Source: Octopus vulgaris (lineage: Eukaryota). From it: a stretch of 64,000 nt of DNA. Position numbers and translations under genes: made by a program. This document shows, piece by piece, positions 26,004-38,330 of this stretch. Positions within the stretch are counted from its first letter, which is position 1; every line of letters starts with the position of its first letter. The stretch lies in NCBI GenBank assembly GCA_951406725.2, contig OX597814.1, positions 209,312,001-209,376,000 on the forward strand, given 5' to 3'. The notes under the pieces were generated by a model that was not told where the DNA came from, searched no databases, and saw nothing but the letters and a program-made list of their open reading frames with translations.

Positions 26004-26631
26004 TTGTGATTGCCTCTAAAACGCTTTTCTCATTTTCCTTCTTTTCCCGCCCTCTGCCATTCTATACTTTGCTTTGTTTTACGCTTTTTCTACTTTCACT
26101 TTCTCTTCTATTCTCCATGCTTTCATTTTTCAATACATAACCGTTTTTCATAAAAGATAATTAGATTCCAAAGCATAATCGAATTACGTGTTTATTTTCA
26201 AATATTTTGCAATATTTCAGCGCTACCTAAATTATATGTATATTAATGTATGTTCATTGTTAACCCACCACTAACCAAAGGAACAAAAAGTTAAACTTGA
26301 TGTCCATTTAGCGAAATTTCAGTAGCTATTAAATATATTATTTGATTGTTTTTCTTTGTATTTTTCTAATGTTTGGATGCACTAGCAAACCTTTATTTCT
26401 TTCTTTGTTGTTGTTGTTGTTGTTGCTGTTATTACTGTTTTGATGGTGAGGCGGCAGAATTGTTAGAGAGTCTAGGAAATTGATTTGCGGTATTTGATGG
26501 AACTTTTAGATTTTGAATTCAAACACAGCCGATGTTGACTTCGTACTTTATTCCTCAAGGGTCGATAAAAGTAAGTGCTAGTTTTCTAATGTAATCGACT
26601 AGCTTATACCCTCAAAACCGCGGGTTTCGTG

Positions 26632-26694
26632 TCTTCTTCTTCTTCTTCTTCTTCTTCTTCTTCTTCTTCTTTTTCTTCGTCGTCTTCTTCTTCT

Positions 26695-26771
<77 letters not shown>

Positions 26772-26958
26772 TTCTTCTTCTTCTTCTTCTTCTTCTTCTT
26801 CTTCTTCTTCTTCTTCTTCGTAGGCGTCGTCGTCGTCGTCTTCTTCTTCCTCTTCTTCTTCTTTTTCTTCGTCGTCGTCGTCTTCTTCTTCGTCGTCGTC
26901 GTCGTCTTCTTCTTCTTCTTCTTCTTCTTCTTCTTCTTCTTTTTCTTCGTCGTCTTCT

Positions 26959-26999
<41 letters not shown>

Positions 27000-27051
27000 T
27001 TCGTCTTCTTCTTCTTCTTCTTCTTCTTCTTCTTCTTCTTCTTCTTCTTCT

Positions 27052-27089
<38 letters not shown>

Positions 27090-27141
27090 TTCTTCTTCTT
27101 CTTCTTCTTCTTCTTCTTCTTCTTCTTCTTCTTCTTCTTCT
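26632..27141. repeat. ~510-bp alternating (TCT)n/(TCG)n microsatellite at the tail of a decayed SINE
   Basis: Read directly; it is the source of the poly-R/K/T/S ORFs. Confidence 0.95.
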
Positions 27142-27461
27142 TTGCAGAGAAGACATGTTTGACGTTTGTTGACGTTTGCCTCCGTAAAGTGCTCGTCAAA
27201 ATTTCCCGCGTGTTGTCACTCTCTTTGGATCGGTTTGCTTGCTCTCTTTTCAACCGTTGTCTAGCACAGCTCATCTGCTTCGATTGAGTGAAACTGATGT
27301 TTTTATGTAACTATTCTCCAATAGAGGTGTCGGACGTTTTGAAATTTTTCAAAGCTTAGAAATCATAATTTTCACTAGAAAAAAAAAAAAAATAGATGGA
27401 GCGAAATATTTTGTTTTGAAGTCCGATCTAACAAAACAAGAGGGTGAGAGTAAGGGAAAAT

Positions 27462-27545
27462 GTAGCAGAGAAAGTGGGAGAATAGAGGAAAAAGTAGCAG
27501 AGAAAGTGGGAGAATAGAGGAAAAAGTAGAAGAGAAAGTGAGAGA
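27462..27545. repeat. 32-bp minisatellite, ~2.6 copies
   Basis: GTAGCAGAGAAAGTGGGAGAATAGAGGAAAAA at 27462 and 27494, with a partial diverged copy at 27526. Confidence 0.85.
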
Positions 27546-28206
27546 GGGATTCTCTTTTGTAACTACAAGCGTTCACCATGTTGTACTTGAAGCTGTTAGC
27601 GATGTCGTTGTCATGGTGACAAAACACAGCAAACACAATACCTCTCCCTACCACCACCACAACCACAAATGCTACCACCACCACCACCACCACCACCACC
27701 ACCACCTCCATCAGCAACAATAATATCAACGCGGAGAAAAAGCAAAACCAAAAATAATAACAACGGCAACACAAGAGCGACGATTTCCCATGTTTGGTAG
27801 TCTCTAGGAAAATAAATTACATTAACTATAACACCACCGCCTTTGCAACGATCACTCCAGCAAAAAGTAACCGTATTATCTCTTCCATCACCACCACCAC
27901 CACCACCACCAAGGCGCCATTTACAAATTCATTCTGTCTTTTGGAAGCACCAACACAACCACCACAAATACTGGCATCACTACCAGCAACAGCTTCAGTG
28001 CGAACACAAAAGAATATACTGACGCATTTCCTAGAATGCTAACCATAAAGAATACTAATCCTAACAACATTAATACATTTGATATCGCTTCTACCTTCAG
28101 TAACTCATTCTCTATGGCAGTCGCATACACCAGCAGCAGTAGCCATAGCAACGAAAGCACAATGAAGGTCAACCTCTTTGCGGGAGGCACCAAATAGTTG
28201 ACTATA

Positions 28207-28820
28207 CGAAGGGGTGCTGAAAAGTTCTTGGTTTTAAGGGTATCGCGAAGGGCCTAGTTGGAGGAGGCCCAATCTTCCAAGTTCTTTTACAGAGCTTAGA
28301 AAAACTGAAGGACCGCTACAATAAATGTGTGATCTTAGAAGGGAATATCTTTATATATAAAAGTTAGGTTGTGTGTCTGTCTACTCCGATTTAGATTCCT
28401 AACTACTCCCACATTTTGCGGTGCAGTTTAACCAAAACCGGGTATCTTATAGTCGTGATTCATATCGAGCCCTTCTGGGTATTAGCGCGCGTCTGCGATG
28501 AGTCTACGATTTTAAAAATAATTTACCATAATTTTTTTCCATTTTAACGCATATTTGTTTTAAATATAAGGGAAGTAACTCTCTAAAAATGTCTACGATG
28601 AGTCAACGATTTAAAAAAAATTTACCATCATATTTTTTCCATTTTTAATGCATTTTTTTGCTATTTTTTGGCTATAACTCTCTAAAAATGCTTTATAGTT
28701 ATTTCCCTTACAAACCCGAGCAACGCCGGGCGATACTGCTAGTGTTGAATAAAATCGTAATTAACTGATCCTCCGGTCTTTTCTTTTACCCAAAGCCAGG
28801 AACTTTTCAGCAACCTCTCG
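28207..28820 (+). mobile_element. Mariner-derived MITE/deletion derivative interrupted by a Helitron
   Basis: TIRs TA|CGAAGGGGTGCTGAAAAGTTCTTGGTTT and AAAGCCAGGAACTTTTCAGCAACCTCTCG. Removing the Helitron restores the transposase end ..KCV...EYVE*. Confidence 0.85.
28348..28742 (+). mobile_element. Non-autonomous Helitron
   Basis: A|TC start, 3' hairpin CCCGAGCAACGCCGGG and CTAG|T end, no TSD. Confidence 0.92.
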
Positions 28821-29709
28821 TGTTTGCTCGTAAATAACAGTCGAGTTGAATTAGCTACCGATGCCCCAGAAATCTAGAGTGATAGTAACTTCGTCACTGA
28901 AGTCAGTGAATATGGCAGTATCAAATTAGATTCATCTGTGAATCACTTACACAGAGGCGTTCTATTGTCCAGTAAAGGGTTGAGAATTTCATTATTTTTC
29001 CAACAGGCGAGTGATGAAAATTTAAACTTTGGACGTATCACCAAAATGGATATCTTTTAAGTGATGGTATATTTTGTTCTAGAAAGAACTGATTCTCTTC
29101 AAGATATTAAGAAGCAGGCGGTGGGTGGGGTGAGAAAACTGGTCGAGAATTGGGTTGGAAGTTATTCAGGTCAAAGAAAATCTGGAAAAAAATTCCGGAT
29201 TATTTCCTGAACAAAACCTGAATATTAAAGTGAAAGAAAGAAAACGGAGGTGCTACTTATGCGGTGTCACCAAACTCTTGAAGTTCCTCTACCTACAAAT
29301 GGGAGCGGAAATAATGCATATACTCTTGCTGTCTCTGTCTCCAAAACACAAAAACCGAATCAACATCTACTGAAGTAGAAGTAGCAGTAACAACAAAAAA
29401 GGGTTCAACAGCAACGAATTCAACAACAGTAGCAAAACGGGGGACTCAGAAATAGCAGACTACTCGCTTTCTGTACTCAAAAATACAGTAATCTGTTTAT
29501 ACATACAGTATTGGCTAAAAACATATTGATATATTCTGTTGTTAAGTACAGCATGAGAAACAGTGTGTCCCATACAAAAACTGCTTTCGTAGGAGTAAGA
29601 GAGGAAGTTCGTCTGTATTCTTATCCTACCACTACAAACTTTCTTCCCTGTTTAGATGTATTTCTTTTAAATAAAACTAAAGTCAAAAGCAGAAAGGGAG
29701 AATAATAAT

Positions 29710-30030
29710 AATTTCTTTACTACCCACAAGGGGCTAAACACAGAGGGAACAAACAAGGACAGACAGACGGATTAAGTCAATTACATCGACCCCAGTGCGC
29801 AACTGGTACTTAATTTATCGACCCCGAAAGGATGAAAGGCAAAGTCGACCTTGGCGGAATTTGAACTCAGAACGTAACGGCAGACGAAATACTGGTAAGC
29901 ATTTCGCCCGGCGTGCTAACGTTTCTGCCAGCTCGACGCCTTCTGCTAGCTCGACGCCTTCTGCTAGCTCGACGCCTTCTGCTAGCTCGACGCCTTCTGC
30001 TAGCTCGACGCCTTCTGCTAGCTCGACGCC
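29710..30030 (-). mobile_element. Family B SINE with 6x tandem 18-bp head, 16-bp TSD
   Basis: TTCTGC(C/T)AGCTCGACGCC x6 at 29923-30030. AAGGGAGAATAATAAT occurs at 29694-29709 and 30038-30053. Confidence 0.9.
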
Positions 30031-30459
30031 TAATAATAAGGGAGAATAATAATGAAATAGAGAGAGAAAGAGAGAGAGGGGGGAGGGAGGGAGAGATTGT
30101 AGAATAAGAAAATAATGGTAATAAACAATCAAATTATCTATTCTACTAACAACCAATACGAAGATATGGTCATATGCAAAAGTGTTTGGTAAAAGTAAGA
30201 ATTCTATAGAATGGAAGTCTAATGTAAAGACAGAAGACATCGACATAGAAAAAAAAAGAAGAAAGGAAAATGAGATGAGCGGAATAAGAAAAAAAAAACA
30301 GAGGCAAAAAGACAAGAAAAATTGAACAAAACAAAATTGAGACACTTACATCACAATACATAAGAACTGGCCAGCAAGTGGCTTTATTAAATACAGTAGA
30401 ACGTGTGTGAATAGGTCGTAGATGTCGAAGTTTCCGATAACTGATAATAATAATAACAA

Positions 30460-30502
<43 letters not shown>

Positions 30503-31437
30503 GCAAATAATAATGCAATAAAAGCGAATGCAAGTATGTCTGTGTAGTTTTAATGACTACAATGACTCTACTACGAAACTACTAATTTAGTCCCAATACA
30601 CGATCTCAGATTGAATCAATTTGACAGACTCATATACTTCAAGAATATTATAATATCTATTAACACATTTACAATGCAATCTACAGAACGACCAGTCTGT
30701 ATCGTAGAGAACCGCAACACGGCAGAGTTAGAGACGCAATAAATCATAAAATCAGAAACTTATTTAAAAAGACACTAGTTCTACACAGTCAGTTAAATAT
30801 TTAGCGACTATGTACCAAAAGTAGAGATGTGAAAGAGTGGTAGTTGACTGCTGAGTATTGCAAACCAGATTAAGGAATTGATTATTAATGATTCACATAA
30901 CGCTTTAAAACTCACAAGAGGACTTATTCCATACCATAAGGAATGCGATAGCATAGCAGGGAAAGAAAGAAATCGATTATTACAACTGCAGCAACATACT
31001 TGCACACGAAATTTGGTTAGATTTTCCAAAAACTGAAAAATCAAAGCCGAAGTTGGAGCTGAAATAATCATGCAAGCATTATACGTGGCAATTGTAATGA
31101 ATAGCTACAAACGTGACCAATATTTTATTTGATCAAAATTTTCATGAGAAGAATGTCCTATTTAAAAATTAATAAAACGTGCTGTCTGACCAAAATATTC
31201 TAATCGAAGCTACGAAGCAGAAGCACAATCGACATCTGGTGTTTAAGAGCTGATAATTATAATTAATTACGAATAGAATCCAATGGTTGCTTGACCCTTT
31301 TTCGAAGTAGTATACAATGTTCCGTTTACTATATTTACTATATGACTCTACGGGTATAAGTAGATGAAAAATGGAAGACGGACAAGCAAAGCATTTGGCG
31401 TTTTTCGAGATATATTTACTGCGTAATAAACTACAAA

Positions 31438-31830
31438 TCTTTATATATAAAAGAGAGGTTGTGTGCTGTCTGTCTCCTACGATTTAGATTCCTAACTACT
31501 CCCACATTTTGCGGTGCAGTTTAACCAAAAGCAGGTATCTTATAGTCGTGATTCATATCGAGCTCTTCTGGGTATTAGCGCGCGTCTACGATGAGTCTAC
31601 GATTAAAAAAAAATACCATCAATTTTCCCCATTTTTAATGCATTTTTGGCATATATAAGGGAAGTAATTCTCTAAAAATTTATTATTAAATCTCAGAACG
31701 TAAAAAGCTACAGTAACACCCCCCCTTTGTGGTTAGCCATATTGAGATGGCTATTATACTTTACATCTCTAAAAATGCTAATATAGTTATTTCCCTTACA
31801 AACCCGAGCAACGCCGGGCGATACTGCTAG
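31438..31830 (+). mobile_element. Non-autonomous Helitron (same family as 28348)
   Basis: A|TCTTTATATATAAAAG start, hairpin and CTAG|T end. Confidence 0.92.
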
Positions 31831-32564
31831 TGAAGTATAAAGTATAAAATTATACTTTATACTTTATTATGAAGTAAATATATCTTGAATAACGCCGAAT
31901 GTTTTGCTTGTCCGTCTTTCATTTTTGATCCACTTATATCCGCTGAATCAGGCACAGCTTCTAGCTGCCTTCGATAGGCAATTTCAACACCTCGTTCCCA
32001 TTCGCACTTCAAACTGGAATTTTAGTGGTAAATCGATCTAAGCGCTCGTTAATAGACGAATACTACTTGCATCTTACCTATATGATGCTATGTAGCAATC
32101 TCTTACTTTTCTTTAAATATGAACCTCCACTTTTCCTTCGATGTTACACCAACAGTTAGGCAGGCATACAGCAAACACGTAACAAATCTAATACCGTTTT
32201 ACTATCACAGATATTATCTTAATAATTGACAAATGGCTACTGACTGAATTAGAATAAAAATGCGCTTAAAAGTGGGCTCAAGAATCTAGCAGAGATCTGC
32301 ACTTTATTAAAAGAATATATAATGTAAGAACTGCATTTATCATTCCATTGGTACAACAAGAAAGATAGTAAATCATTTTAGTAACTACGAGTAACACCAA
32401 GATATAAGTAAAATCAATAAAATAGCACTATAGAACTGAAGATATTGTAGATATGGGAGACCTATTGATATTGGTTGATATTCTAAGTGAATATCTCAAA
32501 GCAGCTGTTAGTGTCGACTATTTGCTGGTTTTTTGCATTAGTGATCTTCCGTTAATATTATTTA

Positions 32565-32618
<54 letters not shown>

Positions 32619-33069
32619 GTTACTGCTGCTGCCACCACCACCACCACCACTGCTACTACTATCAAAAAATAAATGTAGTCAGAGTTACTTCAGATAAAAA
32701 TAAAATAATGTGATAGGGAATATAAATTAACTTATACCTAGAAGAAAAGGCAGAGTGACATGACAATTTACACGACTTTCGGAGACTGGTTCGAAGGAGA
32801 GATGAAGGCGTAAACAAACTGGAGATCTCGCACGGATGCTTGTTAATAAAGGGGAAGAATGAAGCCTACCACATAAATGGGTCAAGACGGGATTTGAACT
32901 CAGAATACAGAAAACCAGAACGAATACCGCAAAGCATCCGGCCCGATACCTGCACAGTTCAACCAATTTAGTCAGTGGACTGATGCTTTGACTTCGAACA
33001 GATGAAAGGCAAAAGTGAACACAGGATTCTAATAAGACAATGAATGATAAACTGAAACATATCGATTAA

Positions 33070-34110
33070 AGACAGAACTTTGGAAATTGAAATCGATGAG
33101 GATTTGTTCGAAGAAGAATGTCCCAATCTTCAATCTTTTCTTTCTTTCACGTAACCATCAGGCAGAAAAGCTACCTGCCCTTCTCGACGGGCTTCGGCTG
33201 ACACTGGGATCTGTATTGCATGCAACATCAGTTGAATTCACAAGTCATTTACGTTCGGACACTGAATAAGAGCATTCTCTATGCCATCCAGTATAGGCTG
33301 AAGCTAACCTTGTTTCTTGTCCACAGAGTTTGTCGGACTAGTAATTAAGTAACACTACTAGACCAGGGTGATTTCTGGAAGTTGGTTGCAGTTTGTTTTT
33401 GGCAAGTCCCAAACAAAGCGAAAAGACACTTAGCGTTAGGGACTATGAAGCAGGAGAACTTAAGACGAAAAGAGAAAATTTATTTCAGATTTGAAAGAGT
33501 TCAGATCACAAGAAAAGGAAAAAACAATGAATTGGAAGAGAGTTCCAAAGTTAAGCAATTCGAGGTATAAGGCTACGATCGTAGCTTGGTCGAAAGTCCT
33601 GCGCAGTATACTGTTCATCTGATGTTCGTCAACGTTCACGTGTTCTCCTCTATAAAATGCGAGGATTGACGTGTTAAGGCCTCATATCTCGACTGGAAGA
33701 GAATTGTGATTACCTGGTAGCAGTTTAGATACGAGATACCAGGCCCCCATTCTCTGTCTTCGCTTGACCCAGGACTGCAGCTTTGTCAAAGTGACAAGCT
33801 TTGAGAAAACGGAACCTACAAACGACGACCATATGTGACCATCGTTCCATAATATTTGCTGAAGCCATAACCTCAGTATATACCGAAGCCTCATCGTCCA
33901 TGGCATACCGAATCCTCTGTGCATAGTTAGTTGGTAGCAGCTGAACAGCCTGATCAGTAGGTCGTGTTCCGACTCCAAGAATCGGAAGAGCAGACACTTC
34001 ATTCTGGTCAGAAGCATTCCAAACTAAGAAGGTACACCGGTCAACGGGTTATAAATAATGAAGACCATGTATGCATTTTTCACCTCTTCTTGATCATTCA
34101 AGTTTTGCTC
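33070..34110 (-). mobile_element. Decayed Tx1/L1-like ORF2 3' region
   Basis: CLLFRFL...GFGMPW.MRLRY.LRL...DGHIWSSFV and ALIQCP align by eye with CLLLRFLW...GLGMPWLRLRR...DGEQVWSPFV and AFVQCP of the 60-62 kb copy. Confidence 0.7.
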
Positions 34111-34939
34111 CCTTTCTAGAGCTCATATGGAAAGTTTGCCAATTATTTTATAAAGTAGTGCTAAGTCACGTTTGTCCTTCTTGTCTGTTGGATTAAATCA
34201 TTGGATAAAAGGTATTGACTTCGCAAAGACCTCCTTCTGGATCTGGTTCATGAAAGTATCTCCCCATCACTGGCAACAGTGGCAAATACATATGTTGTTC
34301 TTTTTTATTGTTAGTACTCTTATTACTGCTTTTATTATGTTTTCTAATTAATTTAATGTTCTTATCACTATTTAGTTTCTGTTTATCAAAGTGTAACTGT
34401 AAATGTCTGAGCTTATCATTGTAATATCATTGTTTTCTATGCAAGGAAACAATAAAGATTTTAATGATACACGCGTAATCTCCAATTCCCACAATTTTTC
34501 AGTGACAGAAAACGTAACCGCTGATACTGCTGGAATTCGACATCTATCAATAGTTTGCTAAAATACCGAAGACGGAAATATTTCCCTACAAAAGGTATGC
34601 ATTCACCAAGGAACACTATCAACGATATATGCAAAAGGAAAAAAACAAAGCAGTGAATTGACACCTTTGCATACTCATAGCAATTAATTTTGAAGGGTTA
34701 GATAACAATGTATCAACTATAAAAGTTACCAAGAAAGTATTCTCTTAAAATTGCAGATTACAAAATATGTTTGTGAAGAATAATCTTCTAAGGAACTGTG
34801 AAAAACAAACCGTAAAACATGTTTGAGCAACACACAAATATAACATAGAAGTTGATAAGATACCTCAGAACAGAATCATTTTGGAAATGCATTGTTGAAA
34901 TCGCAGCTCAATATCAGAAAACTGGTTAAAGGTTACGTA

Positions 34940-35368
34940 TCTCTCTCTATATAAACTGCAGTTTGTCTGTCTGTGTGTCTGTGTGTCTGTCAGGTTGTAC
35001 CCTCCCCCTGACCACGGCTTTCAACCGATTCTAATGAAACTTGACACACACATAGCCCAATGTCATAATTCAAAACTAACGCATCGAAAATTTTGAAAAG
35101 TTCTCCCAGTTCTGAAAAAAATTGATAAATTCGACATTGGGTCGAAAATCTAAGCTTTTTATATGCAACACATTTTCTGTCTAGGGGACACAACTCGCCA
35201 GCTAGGGACAGCTAGGAACATCGTATACACAGAAGTATTCGAGTGAAGAGAAGACATTGCAACCTACACATGTGCCTTCGTTCCCTAGAGGGAAAGGACT
35301 AGATTGGGATTAGTCGTTGCCTACTAGGGGCTCTTACATACCCGGGAAACGCCGGGCTATGCTGCTAG
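34940..35368 (+). mobile_element. Non-autonomous Helitron
   Basis: A|TCTCTCTCTATATAAAC start, hairpin CCCGGGAAACGCCGGG, CTAG|T end. Confidence 0.9.
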
Positions 35369-35749
35369 TTAACAATAAATATAATATAAAAACCAATCCC
35401 ACAAAGTAGTACACTATTTAATTTAAAGATTTCTTTAAGAAATTCGAGATATGTAAAAGAAGTTTTGGTACTTGTCCTCTAGAATTCTGTACTAGGAGAC
35501 ATCATTCATCTCCAGGATCTTCTTTAAACAATCCAAGCTAAATGTGTAGATGAATATTTGCCGATAGGACATGAATGGTTCCCCGTCACATAAAAACACG
35601 GATGACTTATCAAATTAGTGGTTGCCTCCCAGTAAGTTACAAACTACTTTGTAAAATGATAACCGACAAAAAATCTGAAAGTCTACAAAAAGGAATAAGT
35701 AAATGAATAAATATAAAGAAATGAAAGAGTAATTCATGTAAAGAAAGAA

Positions 35750-36154
35750 GGGTGATTGAGTGAATCCTTTGGGACGATTGATCAGAGTCTTGTGGCACTA
35801 GTGGTTGTTGCCGAAATGCAAACAAATACTTTTCAAGTACTACGATTGATTACAAGAAAGCTTTTGGTTCTGTATTACACGACTAGCTTATTAAATTGCA
35901 GGAGGTTCGTTTGTTGATGTCGTTATATTGAATTTCAAGTGAAGAAGTCGTAAGCAGTGATACCTATTGGACTGTTCAGTACGGTCGTCAGCCATTCAGA
36001 AAGAAGGTTAATTCGGATCTATGTGTCGCGTCTCGTCGTTCAACAAACTATTTGCGTACTACAGGTCTAATTCACTAGGGTCTATGCGGCTAACAGACAA
36101 CAAAGCAAAATATCAACCATGATGTCAATATATATATCCGCGAAATGGATACCT

Positions 36155-36204
<50 letters not shown>

Positions 36205-36900
36205 AATTTATTATATATATATATATGTATATATATATATAATAAATTCAAATAGATAAACAGTTCAAATAAACGAATAAGAGCGAACAACATGAGGACG
36301 TGCATAAGAAATGTATTAGGTTGACGCTCAGTGAATGGCGAGAGTTTGACGTACCGAGCATAGCTCTTCGTCAGAAAGGAGAAAAGGCAAAGTCCAAAGA
36401 AGGAAAAGAAATTGTCAACAGCACAACTTGGGATGCAAAGTTATATTCCTTGCTTCAACAATATAGATGAAAAAGGTCACCTGCGTTCAGTATTTCCTGA
36501 TACAGTGAAATATTGTATTCGGGTGTATCACATTAGCTCCTAAGAAGCGTAATAATGTAGCAAAATTGCTTTATATAAGCCTATTCCTCCAATTTCAAAT
36601 AGCTTTGCTTGTTTTCCAAAAAAGCTATTTGCTACTCATTAGAATCTCTACCTGTCTTTAGAAAATCGCAATGTGAATATACTACGGAAATTTAGCGGAT
36701 AGACCACCAGAGATCACGTAATAAACCTGACATCATTCTTCAGATAAAAATGACAACAGCAAATTAATTATTAACATAGCCAAATCAAATGATTATAGAA
36801 TAAAACTGAAATGACTTGAAAAGCTAAAGAATTTCACCGATATGAATTAAAAAGAACAGAACATTTTAACATTCAACAGGTGTTATGTCAGTTCGGAAAT
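35750..36900 (+). mobile_element. Highly decayed R4/Dong-like non-LTR fragments (RT and RLE)
   Basis: IDYKKAFGSVLHD at ~35845 and NKPDIIL...IINIA...EKLK at ~36720-36830, interrupted by other repeats. Confidence 0.55.
36341..36378 (-). ncRNA. Decayed minimal hammerhead ribozyme motif (Penelope-like element type)
   Basis: The minus strand reads TTT-CTGACGA-A-GAGC(TAT)GCTC-GGTA-CGTC-AAA. Stems I and II are intact, but the GAAA core is mutated to GGTA. Confidence 0.55.
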
Positions 36901-36976
36901 CATCTACATGACATCTCATTTGTAATTATTACAGTTGAGTTTATACAATATCATTTCTATAAATCAAGGATAAATA

Positions 36977-38330
36977 CAGTCGCGTCCAAGAATACAGGTT
37001 GAAAATAATGGAACATTTTCACCATTCTCACATGACATTTAATTATCTTGAATATGTTGATTTATCTAGAACTCTTTTCTGAATTTCTATCGAGAATAAC
37101 GTCCTTTTTGTCTTAAGAAAAGAAACTCTTGATGTACACAGACACGACAGAAGTAAATAGACACGCCATAAAACATCGTTTTATGTTTATTCGAACATGT
37201 AAAGGTTTATATTTTTATTAATTGACATTCTTATATTTCAGGTTCTATATGTTTAATTATGCCATGTACAAAATAAACCTTGAAACTGTCTGAATTTCTA
37301 AGTGGCCGCATTGTGGGTCATTTTGAAGGTGGACATAGTATAAAATCGCAGAAAACCTTGGGATCCCACTTTCTACAGGTAATAGAGTGATTGTGCAATT
37401 CACTAGAGAAGGGAAGGAGTTCACATCACCGCGTCCAGATCAAGCAGGGCCCTTTGATAGGACCCTTAACTTTGCTAAGAGAAGTGTTGAGGATAATCCT
37501 CGTTGCAAGGCCTCTGACATAGCAGAATAAGTTCATTTCAGTCCCAGAACTGCTGTCGGGTATCTCCACAAACTTGGTTACTATGGCAGAGCTGCAAGAA
37601 GAAAGCCACTTCTTAGATCCGTCAACGTCAAGCGGAGAAAAGATTGGGCCAGTGAGATGGTGGAGAGGCTACTAGCATTTTGGGACACTCATATTCTCTG
37701 ATGAGTCCAGATACTCTGTATTTTCTGATAGTGGTCGAGTGTGGATCTGGAAACTCTGTGATCAAGAATTTGATATAAAAAGATTGCAGCCAACAAGGAA
37801 ATACGGCAGCTATTATGTGATGGTCTGGGGAGCAATTTAGGGCAATGGTTGATCAGAGCTGGTGGAATGTGAGAGAAACATAAACTCTGATAAATATGTC
37901 TCCATGATGCAGAAAGGACTCCTTCCGATCTTCAGCGGTGGAATGATCAAAGAAGACTCTTTATTTATAGAAGATGAGGTTCCTTGTCACACGGCTAAAA
38001 TGACCCAAGATTTGTTGAATGAAAATTATATTAAAAAGCTTCCATGGCCACTCCAGTGACCATATATGAATCCTATTGAACACCTCTGAGACATAGTGGA
38101 CAGGACACTTCATAAAAAGAACAAGAAATCATCTTCAAATCCAGATCTTTTGAGATTACTGCATGAAACCTGACAAGAAATTCCGTAAGAGAATATTCGC
38201 CATCTGAACAGTAGCATGCCTAATAGGGTTCTTGCATTGAAAACTGCAAAGGACGTGTCTACTAAATATTACATATTCATATTATAACAACTAATAAATA
38301 ATTTAAATATATAATTTCAGATTTAAATAA
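36977..38330 (+). mobile_element. Decayed Tc1-family DNA transposon; transposase pseudogene at ~37264-38272
   Basis: TA|CAGT start; [52 protein letters not shown] (DD34E) and RVLALKTAK..TKY. The right TIR was not found. Confidence 0.88.

Noticed and set aside
26599-27274. Long poly-R/K/T/S ORFs (and all YIYI, LSIY, poly-E and poly-H ORFs in the track)
   Set aside because: These are stop-free frames of microsatellites.
28944-29090. Minus-strand exon-like segment (TTCTTTCTAG...GTAAGTG; MKFSTLYWTIERLC)
   Set aside because: There are stops in all frames before the short ATG frame, and no partner exons on that strand were found.
29923-30030. CRISPR-like regular repeats
   Set aside because: The units are contiguous with no spacers and derive from a SINE head, in a eukaryotic context.
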